Translations under genes and position numbers: made by a program
Source of the DNA: Trichoplax sp. H2
Taxonomy: Eukaryota
Assembly (NCBI GenBank): GCA_003344405.1
Contig: NOWV01000155.1
Span: 1-64,000, forward strand
Direction: 5' to 3'
DNA: 64,000 nt
Part shown: piece by piece, positions 14,291 through 28,856 of the stretch
Layout of the letters: each line of letters begins with the position of its first letter
Numbering within the stretch: position 1 is the first letter of the stretch
The notes under the pieces: generated by a model
The model's input: the letters and a program-made list of their open reading frames with translations, nothing else
The model's database searches: none
Told to the model about the DNA's origin: nothing

Positions 14291-14612
14291 TAAATTCTTG
14301 TGAGGTAGTTAAGGAATAGCGAATCCCGGAGACTATAGTAATTTAGAGATTTGTTTTACGTTATCCTTGTCACGAAGCTGGTTTGTGACAATGATACATA
14401 GGCCTACTATTTGTAGAATTCGCTAATATACCAAAAAAAACAATTTCATTCTTACCCCACTCAATGACCCCTATAGAACTATGTTATTTTCATTCATGGA
14501 ATAAATATGTCGCTCCTTATTCTAGATTTCTCTTCATCGAAGGCCTATAGTATAAACTTTTCATTTTAAAGGAAAACATACTTATAAACTAATTTACTCA
14601 TTCTTTCAATAG

Positions 14613-14937
14613 TAACGATAGCTTTGCCATCAGAAGCGATTGCAGCAATAAATCATATGTCTTAAGTGAAGATGATGCGGGCAATTATGCGAAATTATAG
14701 CTAGTATAAAGTAGAATTCTTCTCAAATGCTATATGCATCTACAAATTACTAGAATAGTTATAGAGATAGATAGAGAAGGTCTTCTCTATCTAACGATAG
14801 CTTTGCCATCAGAAGCGATTGTAGCAATAAATCATATGTCTTAAGTGAAGATGATGCGGGCAATTATGCGAAATTATAGCTAGTATAAAGTAGAATTCTT
14901 CTCAAATGCTATTTGCATCTACAAATTACTAGAATAG
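14613..14937 (+). repeat. Near-perfect direct duplication of 146 bp (14613-14758 and 14792-14937) separated by a 33-bp hairpin-containing spacer
   Basis: Both copies run taacgatagctttgccatcag...ttactagaatag, with 2 mismatches seen; period 179 bp. Confidence 0.95.
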
Positions 14938-16039
14938 CTAAAACGAAATCTTAGCGAGATCGATTTTAAGATCTTATTGTAATTATCTACTTCTTATTTT
15001 AATCCTCTTGAAGCGGCCAACTCTAGAACATGCAAATCTAAATTTAAAATAGATTAATATAGCATCAAATGCTAACCGCCGATCAATTAACCTATATCGA
15101 TCATCATAATCTTATTGCTAAGCCTTGAGCAAGATTAGCGCTAAATGAGAATCTTTCATGTTAGCTAACTTTGTTAATTCTAATCCATATCACATTCCCG
15201 GAAATTTTCAGTAGTATCGGCAATTCATTTTATGCAACTGGTTCAACACTTTGATATACAAGAATAAACAAATAAATCTTTTTAGCATTATCAAAACTCT
15301 TTATTGCCATAAATTCATGACTTCTTATTCTTAATTAATACTTTGAAACTTGATTCTAAATTAACTAAGGAGTGAATTTTTAAATGATATTAAATTATTT
15401 TTACCATATTAGCATCTGCTTCTTAATATATCGCTAGCTATGTTGTTATTATGATTAATATTTTTCTTCAGGCGGCATATGCTTAAAATTACGTCAATAA
15501 TACACGTTTAAAATCTCTGAAATATCCACGAGTAATTTACTAGCCACTTCTTCTTACTTAAAACAAAATATGATACCTGCGAAAACCCTAATCAACCGTG
15601 GCTCGAGCCTCCTAAGGCATAAATTCCAAAAGAATAAGCAATGAAATAAGGATTTAGTATCCTAGCACAAATTTTGAATTCTTAAACAACGAGAAATACA
15701 GAAAATATGCTCTTCGAGTATGAATAATTTGACATATAAAAATGAGAATCTTAAAGTTCTTAATAATTTATATTAATATTTTATGATAGCTATTAACTAC
15801 ATTTACGAAGATCTATGAATGTATGGCAACGCTATATAGCTTGTATCAGACATTATAAAAATTACAATCAAGATGCCTATTCTTAAGATAATATTCTGGT
15901 AACTAGTAAATCAAGAATAGCAAAAAAATAACGGGCTCCGGTTAGGGTTAGGGCATGCAGAAATACTATGGGTCGATTTGCTGATTCAAAACTATAGCTG
16001 GAATAGGTTGGCGATTATTTTAAAGCTTAAATGCAAGCT

Positions 16040-16084
16040 ATTCTTAATCTAAATTTTCAAGGAATTCTTAATCTAAATTTTCAA
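16040..16084 (+). repeat. Short tandem duplication, period 24 bp
   Basis: attcttaatctaaattttcaa at 16040 and 16064. Confidence 0.85.
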
Positions 16085-19000
16085 AGAAAAGAGAAATGAT
16101 GAGAATTAACAATCAAGAATAATGAGTACTATATTATTCTGAGCTCATTTTCTCTTCTGATTGAAAATGTTTTATCTTAGTTGACAACAATCTTTAACAT
16201 TTAGAATGCTAATTCTAGAAATAGATAGTATTACAGAAAAATAGTAATTAGAAGAGAGATAGACAGACATGTGAAAACCTGTGCTAATGACAAATAAGGA
16301 GAATATAGAAATTTTATTCTCTTCATAATCAAGAACTATAACAAAGACATTCCTTCGGCGCAACAATAATCTAAATTAAAGCGGCAATATGAAATAGCTT
16401 AAAGTAATTTAATTGATACCGCGGAATAAATAAGAATTGTATACTCGATACCATAGTACGATGATCTGTGTCTAGCATTTATTTTTTAGATCTCATGAAT
16501 TTTATAACAGTAGGCACATGCATAATACAATCATATGCTGACATATATAAACTGTTCATCAGTCTCCTGATGTGCTGATAGACAGGGCAGCAAAATATGC
16601 CGTATCTGAAATCTAGACATTTTAACTTAAATTAATCCTACTGATACCTCGTAATTACTGACATTAGAAGTATGATATTGGACATTATTTAGACCATTAG
16701 ACCATTATGAATGAATGTATGTATGGACAAGGCATATAGAAATTGTAAAATTAATTTATTGCTTCCTGAAATTAGGATTGTTAACTTATAACGGTAGCAT
16801 TATGATGCAAAACTATAAGCAATGATCAAGACTGCACGCTATAATATAATTTTTATTAAAGAGGGATCAAATATAGTAAATTAAATTAATTTATATTTAA
16901 AGGGTGGCCACTTTTTTATTTTTGACTAAAATATTGTATTATAAACTGATCAAACTTTTTTAAGATAAGACCAATAATTACTTTTAGTGATTTGTATAAT
17001 GTAAGTCTGCAGATACTAGTGTACAACTGATAAAATTTCTATACTGTCAAGCAAAGATCAAAATCAGAAACAACAATAACAACAATCATAACAACCCAAG
17101 AACAATGTATATTAACATTTAACGCTGACAGTAACGGTAGTCAATCATACTGATCGATTTTATTACAATAAATAAAATTATTGTACGGGGTGATAGTATT
17201 ATATTCAATCTTCTTTATGGCAATTGATTGGATTGCAATACTATAGAATTTGTCAACAGTATTTCTTGATCATACTATTCCCTGCTCAATAGTAAGCATT
17301 TTATTTAGTCCTAATTTTCTTCCTGTCGCGCCTAAATGTATACTTTTATGGTACACATTAGCCGGTAGTAACGATTAAAAAAAAAATTAGAATAGTTATT
17401 ACTGGAATAACATCCGATATTGTTAAGAACGAGACTCAAGGAAGAAATACATCTTGCTTATATAAGAAATGCTCGTAAATATTAATATATAACGAAGCTA
17501 CTGTTGTATTTAATGCTAATAAAGAAATTCCGCAGCAGATGAATCCCAATCGTATACGTACCCATTAATCGATAGGAGGTCCATTTTCAGCCAACGAGAA
17601 GCTAGAATTTATTGGTTCTACAGCTGAAACATCTGTAATAGAACATCTCGTTTTAAATTAATGTCATAAAAATCTTATGATAGCAGCAAATAGTTTACAA
17701 AAGTTAACAATTTTGATCTACGTTATGAACAGCGGCCTACTTTTTTCAATATATCTAAATAAAAAAATGCAATAGGAATTATATACATCGTGCAGTAATT
17801 AGAAATCAAGTGCTGGTAAGATGAAGATGAATCTGGAAGTTAAATATTGTTTATGTATACTGGCTTTGTATCAATGCTCTCTTTAGTCAATATATGGAAG
17901 CTCATTCAATCCGACAAATCGTTTATCCTGACAGTACCAGCCAATATGTGGCGTGCGATTTCAATCTGTTGTTATTAAACTAGCTAAAGCGGATGTGAAG
18001 AATGACAGATAAAAAATTGTTTGGAATATTTTGCTTGATAACATTAAAAATCCAATATGATCATCAACAAAACAAGAGTATAGTTACGGAACAATAAATA
18101 GAATGGTACAATTTAACTGAGAATTTCCATATAATAATAGATGACATTTTAATTAAATGAATAGTAAGCGACAATTAATAGGAAGCTTATTAATGATAAT
18201 TACTACCTACTAAAATTAACTTGTTGTATGATACTGAACAATTCATATCAACGCGAGCTGTTGATTTGTTAAGATTCCATAAACTATAGTTTAATCATTA
18301 CTACTTCCACCTCCTTTTACATTAAGTCAATGCAACACTCATTATAGTCAATCTATTGACTAGAAATGCTCCATTAATCCAATATAATCAATACCCATCT
18401 GCTGCTATATATGCGGCAAATCATTTCAAAGATGAATTATTGATTTGTCAATAAATGAAGAAAAAATATAATATAAAAATACACATCTTTCATAATGTAT
18501 TGTATTTATAAATATGATATACCGGGTTTCAGCTTCCTCTTTTTATAATTTAGTACTATAAACATGTCTTCAATTAAATCAATATCGATAGCTACCGCTC
18601 CAAATTAAAAGCACAGATTAGCCCATTTCGAATAGTATAAGTAAACAATTTATTTGTCATCTAATTCATACCGAGATAGATATATACCTTATTCCTATCA
18701 CCTCATTACCAATTCACTCTCCCACCTGCTACCATTAACATAGTAGATTTGGCTGTGATAAAATAGACTGATGCAAAGCTGTAAATCTCATCTTCTATCT
18801 TTAAAATAATATTCCTACTCCTTGTAACTATTCTACAGCAATTATACTCGAAACGCCAATACCAGAACAGCAAAATATAACATTCGTCAGGTCAATAACA
18901 ACTAAGATTACTTCTCTAAGTGGATACTTGGCCATTAAGCTTTGTTACTGTACGTCCAAAATCAAATTTTTACTTGACTATAATACATGGAAGCATTTTG

Positions 19001-22000
19001 GATACTTATAATCGCAATTGGGATATTCTAAATCTAAGCTAAAATTGATTAAATGTACGCCTCATACTTTCTTATAATTTGCTAAAATTTTTCTCTATGG
19101 TTGATTACTTTGGTAATTACTCAATCCGCTATCATATTTCTTTCTAAAAGCCTTTCACCGATTATCGACAGAATTATTTAACAGTTAGTACCATATTTAT
19201 CATTTATCTTCATTTGTCAAGCTTCTACTAATTTTGAAAAAGGTATTAACGAATTGAAAAATTATCCGGAAAAGTTAAAACACTGCCTTATAACAATACA
19301 GTTAAGGGTATCGACTCATACAAAAACATACTATATCTCTCATTTCCTTATTTCGGTTACTAATTTCAAGAGTTACGGTATTTATCGCCGGATAAATACT
19401 AATCTAGAGATCCATATCATCTTAATCTAGACACTAAGTCAAAATACGGGTGCTGTTCAAATAATTTTCTTTTACTCCATAAATTATTTCATTCAATCTT
19501 CATCTATCATACGCTAAAACAACTATTTCGACCACATCGGCCATTATCACCATTAGATTGCTAAGCGGCAGATTTAATCGAATTCAAAGATGAAGAACCA
19601 GGGTAGGAATTATTTAATCGCAGCTATATAAAATTGTTATTGTCCGTTATTAAACGTTAGATTAATAATTAAGAACGTTTAATATGTTTATCACTACATC
19701 CACAAAAGTGTATTTTAATAATTCTTCATCAAGGCTCCCCTTATCATCGCCATCATAATCTTTGTAATCATTTATTCATTTACAGGTTAAGTTTCAATCT
19801 ATAGGTGTATTTTAAACTAACCCCAATTAACGTAACAATAAACAAACTTAGGCCAATTCATGCTAAGTACACGAACAAACCTTATGTTTATCGGTAGTAT
19901 TTTTAATTAGATATCCTGCAAGTTAAACACGTCTGCCTCCTTATAACATCGGTAATAAATGAAATAAGAATGATCCTCTTGATTAATGTCTTACACATGA
20001 CAGATAGGCACAGTTAGTTATAAAGCTGTGAAATCAAGCAATCCCCGAAAAAATTTTTAAAATGACATATACTAGCAAATGCACCGATCCATCAAGGAAT
20101 ATTGCTGTATATTTGTATGATCATCCACATAAATGTTACAACTAATATCAGTAAAATATTCATTATACTAGAAATATTTAGTAATACCAAATAACAGGAA
20201 TTTTCTACTTTATGTTATAGTTCGAACTATGAAAGAGCTATGATGGCATATTACTTGCATATCAATAACTAATGTATTATTCCATCTACTATCTTTCTGA
20301 CAACTAATAATTCGCATAGTCTAACCTATTTAAATTACAGTATTATAGAGAATTTTTCGTATATATTTTAAATTAATTTTATATGTAGCATAAATTAAAA
20401 TATCTAACTTACGCCTCAAGCACGTAAAATCAGTCAATTTCTGTCTAGCAAATAGATTAAGAATATACGTAAGTTAGTAATTTCAGCGACGATGGAAAGC
20501 CTAGAATTCCTTCTAGTATTAGACATATGGTAGACATCTTTAATTATAATTCTAAATCCATCTTCATTCTCAAATACATATGAAAGAAATTTACATCATG
20601 TATTTTAACATACTCCAACGTCTAACCATTAGCGTTACTAATAAACAATTTCTTATCCTGTCAATAGTAGGTATACTGTAAGCGTAAATATTAAATAAGT
20701 TGCTTTCATAAAATTGCACTTTAAAAAATTCGCTTTACCCTTTAAATTAGTTACATTTTTGAACCTACAGTTAGACAATATGGTAGGTTTCTTATATCTT
20801 AAACAATCCCGTAACTGGTTTTTATCCTGCACTAAAACTACTCCACATGCCTGCCGTTAAAAATGAAATACGTACGTCCGATCATATTTCGGTACAGACA
20901 AAAAATTTTAATTCAGTTTAATAGACATGATATTTTCTATATTTATTATAGCCAATAATTATTTGGTAAACATACACGGAAGCCATATGGGGGAAAATGT
21001 AATAAATTTTCTTACATTAATAGAATATTGCATGTAAATAGTTATTTCTAAATTTCAGATACACGTATGATTGTGTATACTTTATACACTGAAGCTGGAC
21101 ACTCAGTAGATCGATTGTTCAAACTTATAGTTGTTATGAAAGGAAGTTATAATATTCACAAGAAATTAAGGATTCAATAAATATATATGATGTATGATAG
21201 CAAGTTCAATGTGGCGCTAATACCTTTAAAGAATCTTAGCCATTTAGTTCCCCATTCATCATTATAACTGCTCACAAACAGAAAAACCAATCACACTTCA
21301 ACATTAATTTTATAACAGTCATCGAGCCTTAGTGCCTACAAATTCTATCAATTTTGATCATAATTTTATTGATATAGAAAACATTTACTTCACTTCAATT
21401 AAGACGCTAAATATATGTGCTTAACCGATAGAGAACAATATTACACATGTGAGTATCAATAGTAAGCGATAAAATAACAAACAAAAATACCGAAAAGTCA
21501 TTCTCTCATACTATAAAAGAATTATCTTGATATTGTAAAAATATCAAACGCAACTACTTTTGAGTCTAAAGGTAATCATTTTTAATCAAAGGTGATAACA
21601 CGCAAGTTATTTAAATTACACACTTCGAGATTTTATTAGCATAGGACGGAATAGATTTTCCATCGCCTAATTTTTTATAGTATCCTAGAATGTTATTTAT
21701 TTTTTCAATTCATTACTTCAATATTATAATAATCTGCATAAGTAATAGTGATGGAAGCAATATTGTAAGAATATCCTGTTATTTTATTCCCATATGAAAG
21801 ATAATTGCTAATTCTTGTACTGAACAATACATTATTTGCATGGTATCTTTCAGTAATTATTAGTCAATGTAAAAACAGTTTATGTATGATGCTTAGTCTT
21901 ATTAGAATGCTAGCTTCGCACATTTAATTCATTAATCGATTTTTAAAATATAAAACATGTTACAGCTTTTTTAGGCGAACATTGGAGTTATTATATCATG

Positions 22001-22342
22001 TTCATATATCTTTTACCCTAGTTCTATAATGCCGGCATGTTTCCGTATTTGTTACTACAAATTAATGATTTTATTTTATCCTTAAATCAAAGTTTTAACA
22101 AATGATTCAATGATCGGTAAACATATTGATGAATGATGGCGATATAAGGGGTAAAATTTCAGCCGTGAAGAAAGTAAAAAATAACAATAATTGATTAATA
22201 ATTGCCCATTGATCTAAACTATAAACATGACAGAACCGAATTCTGTTTATCAAAAAAATAACAATTGATTTAGACAATTTTATTTTTCCAAATCTATTGT
22301 AATGATGTCCATTCGGTGGCTGATATTGCGCTTTTAAACAAG

Positions 22343-22789
22343 GCGGTTGCCAATGTTATAGCAATGCAACATGGAAAGATTCTATTTTACTTACGCCACC
22401 ATCATCATGGACGGTCTCATTGCCACAATATCCCACGGTACAGCATGGTGATGCATTCAATCGACATTGTCATGCAGCCACTATACCGGCAACAACATCA
22501 ATGTCATCGCCATCAACGTTGCTTCATACTATTTCTTCAACTCATGACAAAACAACGAATAATTATATCCATCGGGGTCAACTGTTTGACCCAACTATAC
22601 CTAATACTTCAGTAGACCCTTATAAAACCACCAGCAGTTACAATAATCATACAGCGGCAACTCCTCTTGTCTATTGCTTCTATTCTCCTACAACTGGTTA
22701 TCCTTATGAAACAGCAACATCAGTACCCAATGCAGCCACTGCTTTAACTTCTACCCTACCGAATGATTATAAACAATTTTCGGCTGAAG
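22343..22789 (+). CDS. ETS transcription factor exon, Ser/Thr/Pro/Tyr-rich low-complexity region (transactivation/repression-like)
   Basis: Frame open from 22324 to 22794 (ORF track 22420..22794). Phase-1 acceptor aaacaag|GC at 22343 and phase-1 donor GAAG|GTTAGT at 22789/22790. The 5' boundary is uncertain and the exon could instead start at ATG 22501 (MSSPSTLL...). Confidence 0.65.
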
Positions 22790-25700
22790 GTTAGTATTTT
22801 ATGTTGATTGACCTCAATAAGTACTCCACTTGTTCATGTCGCTGATAATAATTGTTATCATCATCTTTATTATTATGATCAGTAGCAGCATTATTATCAA
22901 CATTGGGTTTTATGATATAAAAACTTTCGAGATCTAAATACTATTTCTGACATAGCAGTCATCTGGGTACTTCTAAGACGAGTATTGTTTATCTTTATAG
23001 CTATTATTACAAACTTAGGTTAAAATCGAATTATTATAATATGAGTAAACATTACGATCACAATCCGATACATTCATCTACTCATATCAACATACTTATA
23101 GAACGAGATCGATACCCTATTATTCAAGTAAAATACACCCGCAACTGAAACATTCAGGTATCAATTGATTAACTTCTACACAGAAAATGCTATAAAGTTC
23201 TTAAAATTAAAGTAAATTATGGTCTTTATTTTCTCTATTCCAATTAAAAGACTAACACGGAGGTATATCACATCTAGCTTAATCTCCACTTGAGGACACA
23301 ACATTCTAGCTTTCACACACATTCGTACTTTATGTATAATTCAGTTAGAAAGAATTATTTTATCATTTTGTAGCGTATCCTTCCCAGACACTATTTCATA
23401 TTTGCAATATTTACCTATGCAGAAACTGGTAGATCATTATACGTAGACAAGCAGTTTTCTTAGATGACTAACAGGAAAATTTCTACACCGTTATCAGGTT
23501 CAGTACCTGTGTCGTAGAAACAGTTCCGTTTATTCCAAGCTGATTATACGAAAATTCTATTGCAACTACCGTAGTTAATAATCAATACAGATACACAGTT
23601 TTCTCCTTTCAAGCTATCCATAATGCATAAAATATAATCTTTGTAGCTTCACAATCGATATAATTTCCTCTCTTTTAGTCGAATCAGAGCATACTCATAA
23701 CTCTTCTACAATATGCATAAACTATCTTCCTCAATCACTACTTAATATTTGACTCTTAACGGGAGCATGTAGGAGACCAGTATAAATGATATAATTTATC
23801 TTTGGAGTGATAAGTTGCTAACAAGCAACGGTTGTTCAATTTTTGTGCTCATAAAATCTAAAACTATCGCTACATTTCATTTCATCCTACAGCGTAAAGA
23901 TTTCGATTTGATTACCATCTATTGACTCATTGTATAAGCTCTAAGAAAGATTATCAGTAATAATTCTCAAGTAATATAAGAAGAACTAATGGATGATTTT
24001 CAACTACGATAGTATTGAAAGTAGTGAATAAAGGTCTTAACTTTAATGTTGAGGAGAACAAGCTTTCAGGTCGTAATAGGAATTAAATATGGAAATTTAC
24101 AAAGTCTATACGTAAGATAGAACGTAGACTAATAAATAGAAATCACGCAAGAGAAGTGTATCTAGCCAAAGTCAATCATCACACTAAATGAAACAAAAAC
24201 TTTTATCTTTCCAAGAAAACTTTCCTTATTAAATTCTATGCTATACGTAAAACCTTACTTAGGAATCTTTCAGTTTCCTGAATAATAATCAACCAGTCAA
24301 CTAGAGTATCCATTTAACATCTACAATAAATAGGAGGGATGTACTTTTAGCGATACTGAAGGGATATTAAAAGTTCTTTCTTATTTACCGTTATGTTCCG
24401 GGTAGACCCTAAATAATATCATAGTAGCAAGCTGTAATGTCATATAAACTAGGCTATCCTAACAATTAATGCTATGAGAGTAATTAAAAGACTTCTTAAT
24501 TTCTAAATATTTATTAATAAATTATTAATACAGAACTTTAACTATTTCAACTCTCTCCTATGACTAAGTATCAACTACTAATCGCATATCCTATTTGATA
24601 TTCTGCAATGAGTAGAATGAAACAATTTTTAGCAGAAAGTCTGTACTTATTACTTATACGTGGTAGCTATCGAAAGTACACGAATGTAAATCTTTCACTG
24701 CCTCAAACAATAAATCTCTATGGTTAGGTGATATTATATACTTATTTGCCGCGATTTTGAAACGCTAGTAACCTCGCCAGTCAGTATCTAACTCGGTATG
24801 AGCTATCAATTAAATTACACTAACTTAAGTCAGCTATTAATCAATGGCAACGCTTAAACTTAACTTTTCAAATGCATCGAGTGATAGCCAATAGTGACGA
24901 CGAAAAGTCAAAGCACGCAGTTGCGAAGTAAATCTGCTTTCACTGAGCTTAGACTAGGCTTCTATCGAAAGTACTATATTATATGTAGAAGAATTATGCT
25001 TCTACTTCCGTTTTGGAATAGTTGCTTTAAAGCTATCTATTCAATCATCCAACTTTGATATTTCTATTGATGTGTTCTTTCTTAATTTGCAACAAAATAT
25101 ACCTTAGTAGCTAAATTTATCTTGATGAAGCGGTTAAAGTTCTGAGCTTGGAAACTGTCAGAGCAATTCTTGACCAATTTTTCCTTGCAAAACGGTACTT
25201 CAGCAATAAGCTAAATGCATCGTTCATTTTTCAAAATTATCAGTATGGCCATAAAATCATTTTTCATAGCTAACTTCGTCTTTATCGCCTACTGTATCAG
25301 CTAATTATAGCAGTTATGGTTAACAACTCATACACTACGATTATATATCATTAGATCTTTAAATCCAATAATAACAGCGGATTCATACTTTTATATATTC
25401 ACTTCAGTATTGTAAGTTTACTATGCTCAACTTATAGGTTTGCAATCCTTTATTTTGGTTCCTAGTTCTATATTAATCCTGTCAAGATAACTTTATGTCA
25501 TAAAAATAGAAATACAGGTTACCTCATATTCGTAATCAATTTTTTCAATATTTTCTACCGCTATCCAGTCCACTGACTGAATTATGCCTTTCGGTAGTCT
25601 AGCGCCATTAAGCGGATGCTAACGAAATTTTGGCGATCGCAATATCAAGGCTTCTAATGATCCTTTATTCTCTATTTGTATTAATCGCTTCCCATTACGA

Positions 25701-26714
25701 GCGACAGAAGTAATGATACAAAGTGACACTATAAATATCTTACAGCCAATTTAAACTCCGTCATCTATTTGATTTAATCTGATATTTGCCTTGCAGAGAA
25801 AAGATCAATTCGTTCTCTGATATCTTAGTTTATCATACATTGATATATTTGTTTTATATCTGGAGAAATAGATAAGACATAGACTTTATCTCCAGTAACT
25901 GTGAATGTTTAGTCATGATTTGTCTTCTTTCTTATACCTTTATTCACTCGTAGCCTTGCTCTATATGCTATACAAACATTCCTTTTAAGGTACTTAGCAG
26001 AAAACAACAACGACAAAAATGGTTATGAAGAGATTAAAAAGGGCAGAATCAATTCATCTGCATTACCGTTTCCAGGTCTCATCACTTATCGTTTAGATTA
26101 CTATAGCTATTCACTATATTAAACTTAAACCAAGGGCTTTTTATTACTGAATGGATATGTATAGTATAACTTGAGATTAGTTTTATCGATTACCACAAAT
26201 GTAAAGAAATTGTGTTCTACATATTATTTCAACGCTATAAGCGTTTTTTCGGGAAATGTCTTAAGTTTTCATAGTCTTGCTTGAAAGCAGTCTCTACACT
26301 AACTAGAATTTTACAAAGTGACAACGGTCCCAATCAATTTTCTTACTCTACAGAAAGTAAAATTGCTGTCATTCCGTATCATATGTTTGCACAGTACTAT
26401 CTAATTGATTCAAATTCGGTGGAACGACTAATACAAATTGCTTTAAAGGTGTAGCCAGACTATTTTAGCCTTGTAGATGGATGTTTGATGCCATAGTCTC
26501 TTAAAAAAGTCGCCATTCAATTAGAATTGAGCGTCAGATTCAATGCGAAGATTCCGCTAATAAATTGCTGAAATACTACCGTTATGCTACTTTTAAATGA
26601 TTCACTTTCTTTTCCTGCAATAGATTGCGTAATTATGCGTATACATATATTTGCGTTTAAATTTTACAAATAAATAATTCAATTGAGGTCATACTTTTAT
26701 GGGCCCACTGCAAT

Positions 26715-28310
26715 GCGGAAGTGATAAGTCAGTTATTATTCAATATTAGAACATTTATCCTTATACTGCTTTTGTTCCATACTATCCACAATATTGGATA
26801 CTTGCTGAAAAATAGAATCCTGGTCAATTGAAATAGCTCTAGCAAATAAAATTAATCAATGATTTAATACCTACTATTCACCCAAAATCTGTATCAACTG
26901 GCTTTCTTATAATATTTCCACTACCTGTATCTGACTTGATAGTATTAAAGTAGCTATACTGAATCTTAGTTTCCTATGATAACTTTTAAATTACCGGTAT
27001 CTAGCTCTAAAGTCATATCAAATAGCCATATTGGCTGGATTCCCTAGGATTGCATTTAAATTATCAGTACCGAACTCAATGGTACTTAAATTTGACGATA
27101 TTGGCCGACGCTATTTATTCAATTAGCAGGCGTAACAGAAACGCAATGTTCTAATAGTTTGCTCTCATTATCGAATATTGATAATACACCATAAAATTTC
27201 AAATGTGGGCTAGACCATTCTTGCTTTTACTTCTTCTGATACAGCAAAATTGGAATATAAATCAGATAATCACCCAACAAGGAACAAGGTAATCATCGAA
27301 CGTACTTCCTGTTCCACCTACAGAACGACTAATGATATCCATAATGTAGAAAAAGCGACTGAACTGCTACAACATTAGCTTCCAGTTTTGTCTTTCCATT
27401 ACCGATGATCGGTTATCTTTGTGGTCATTTCCGAAGAAATAATTTATTCTTGTGCTAATAATACAACAAGGCTAAAAAATAATAATAACCGAAACTATAC
27501 TATTTTATCGCACAATTTATACTGATATCTTCACTTTATATTACACTATGGGTTAACTACTCCGACGCTAAACTCTAATAATTTAGCAGCACTCAAATCC
27601 GGAAGTATGTCTTTGACTAGTTGGAAAGGTACGATATAAATGAGCATTGTCAATGATATCGTTCAGTTAACATTGAACATTTTGAGCCAATGGATCAGAT
27701 TGCCAGTTCACTTTATTTATCGTGATCGAAATGAATATAAACCACTAATAATTACTTTCCTCAAGCATTCTTCCCTCAAGAAATTATCACAAAAACTCTT
27801 TCCCTTTATTGTTTTTTGTTGCCATATGCAGTGAAAAAAAATTCAATTTGCATCATTTCTGACAATTACTCTTTTACCGTAAAAGTCTGATAATTATAAT
27901 CGTAATTGATCACTTGGACTAGAAATATACGTAACTTTATTTACCTTTTGGCTTATTAAAGAATAATAAGTTTTCTGATGACAGGGTAAAAATTAAAGTT
28001 TTACTTAGCTCTACTTCCCGAATTAACCAACTACCGTTGTCATTCAATGGAGTTCCTATTACCACTGCAAATGCCTACTCTAACTATAAGCATTTTTTAA
28101 ATTTTCCAATTGTTTGATCCGATTCATTTACTATAAGTCTTAAAACACAATAGATTAATAAACAGGAAATAAAATTCTATGTTTACTTCACTAGGATTTA
28201 TCAATAGCTTATTCTTTTCTTTTGTCCCTGTGATTAAGAATACAAAGTTGTAGAGAAAATATACTTCCGCAATTGGATACTATTTAAAGTGCAGCCTACA
28301 GCGGGAAGTG
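26715..28310. promoter_or_regulatory. Cluster of ETS-binding motifs upstream of the candidate internal first exon
   Basis: GCGGAAGTG 26715, ACTTCCTGT 27304, TCCGGAAGT 27598, ACTTCCCG 28013, ATAAACAGGAAAT 28158, ACTTCCGC 28263, GCGGGAAGTG 28301. Confidence 0.45.
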
Positions 28311-28523
28311 TTCATATAGAATAATACGGTAGTTGAGATTACCTTTTCCATGAGCTATAATTCTACTCAAAAATTCAAATAGAACTGTATCGCAGTATAT
28401 TATAATCGTTTAAATTGCACTAAAAAATTACAACTTAAGACTGTCAATTAATTGACGAGAGTAGAATATCAATTTTATTAGCTTCCATTTATTATCCACT
28501 TCTCTCTATTGCTATTCAACACC

Positions 28524-28617
28524 ATGGCAGTCCTTGAAACTTGTCCTTCAACGGTCTATAATACTAACTCTAACTTATTTTTTATGCCAACATGTCCTAA
28601 ACCAATCGTTTTAATGG
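28524..28617 (+). CDS. Candidate alternative first coding exon of the ETS gene (MAVLETCPSTVYNTNSNLFFMPTCPKPIVLM-)
   Basis: Strong Kozak context aacaccATGG at 28524. It runs 31 codons + 1 nt to a G|GTATGT donor in phase 1, 188 nt upstream of the phase-1 acceptor at 28806. Confidence 0.55.
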
Positions 28618-28805
28618 GTATGTTAAGCTCAACAACTTTGACACTTTTGATTCAATATGGGATAATTCTAAACAGTGATTCAATCGGTTGAATGGATTGA
28701 TAGTCCAACATTGAGATATGATTTTATTTTAATACACAATACAAATAACTTCAAAGTTGAATTAGTTATTTCTCATTTGTTTAATCATTTCTCTTGATCT
28801 CTTAG

Positions 28806-28856
28806 GTAATCCATACTGGCAGGGATATCCGGATGGTCCTTCGCCATTGCTTCGAG
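28806..28856 (+). CDS. ETS transcription factor internal exon (G-NPYWQGYPDGPSPLLR)
   Basis: Polypyrimidine tract and ctcttag| acceptor, a 51-nt GC-richer open exon, and donor CGAG|GTAAAT; phase 1-1. Confidence 0.8.

Noticed and set aside
14613..14937. Repeat-spacer-repeat layout resembling a CRISPR array
   Set aside because: Only two repeats of 146 bp, eukaryotic intron context and no cas genes; it is a tandem duplication.
15940..15953. GGTTAGGGTTAGGG telomere-like motif (shorter ones at ~2832, 31186, 43216)
   Set aside because: Only about two units, too short to call an interstitial telomeric array.
22316..22615. 99-aa His/Gln-rich ORF
   Set aside because: Shadow frame of the Ser/Thr-rich ETS exon.
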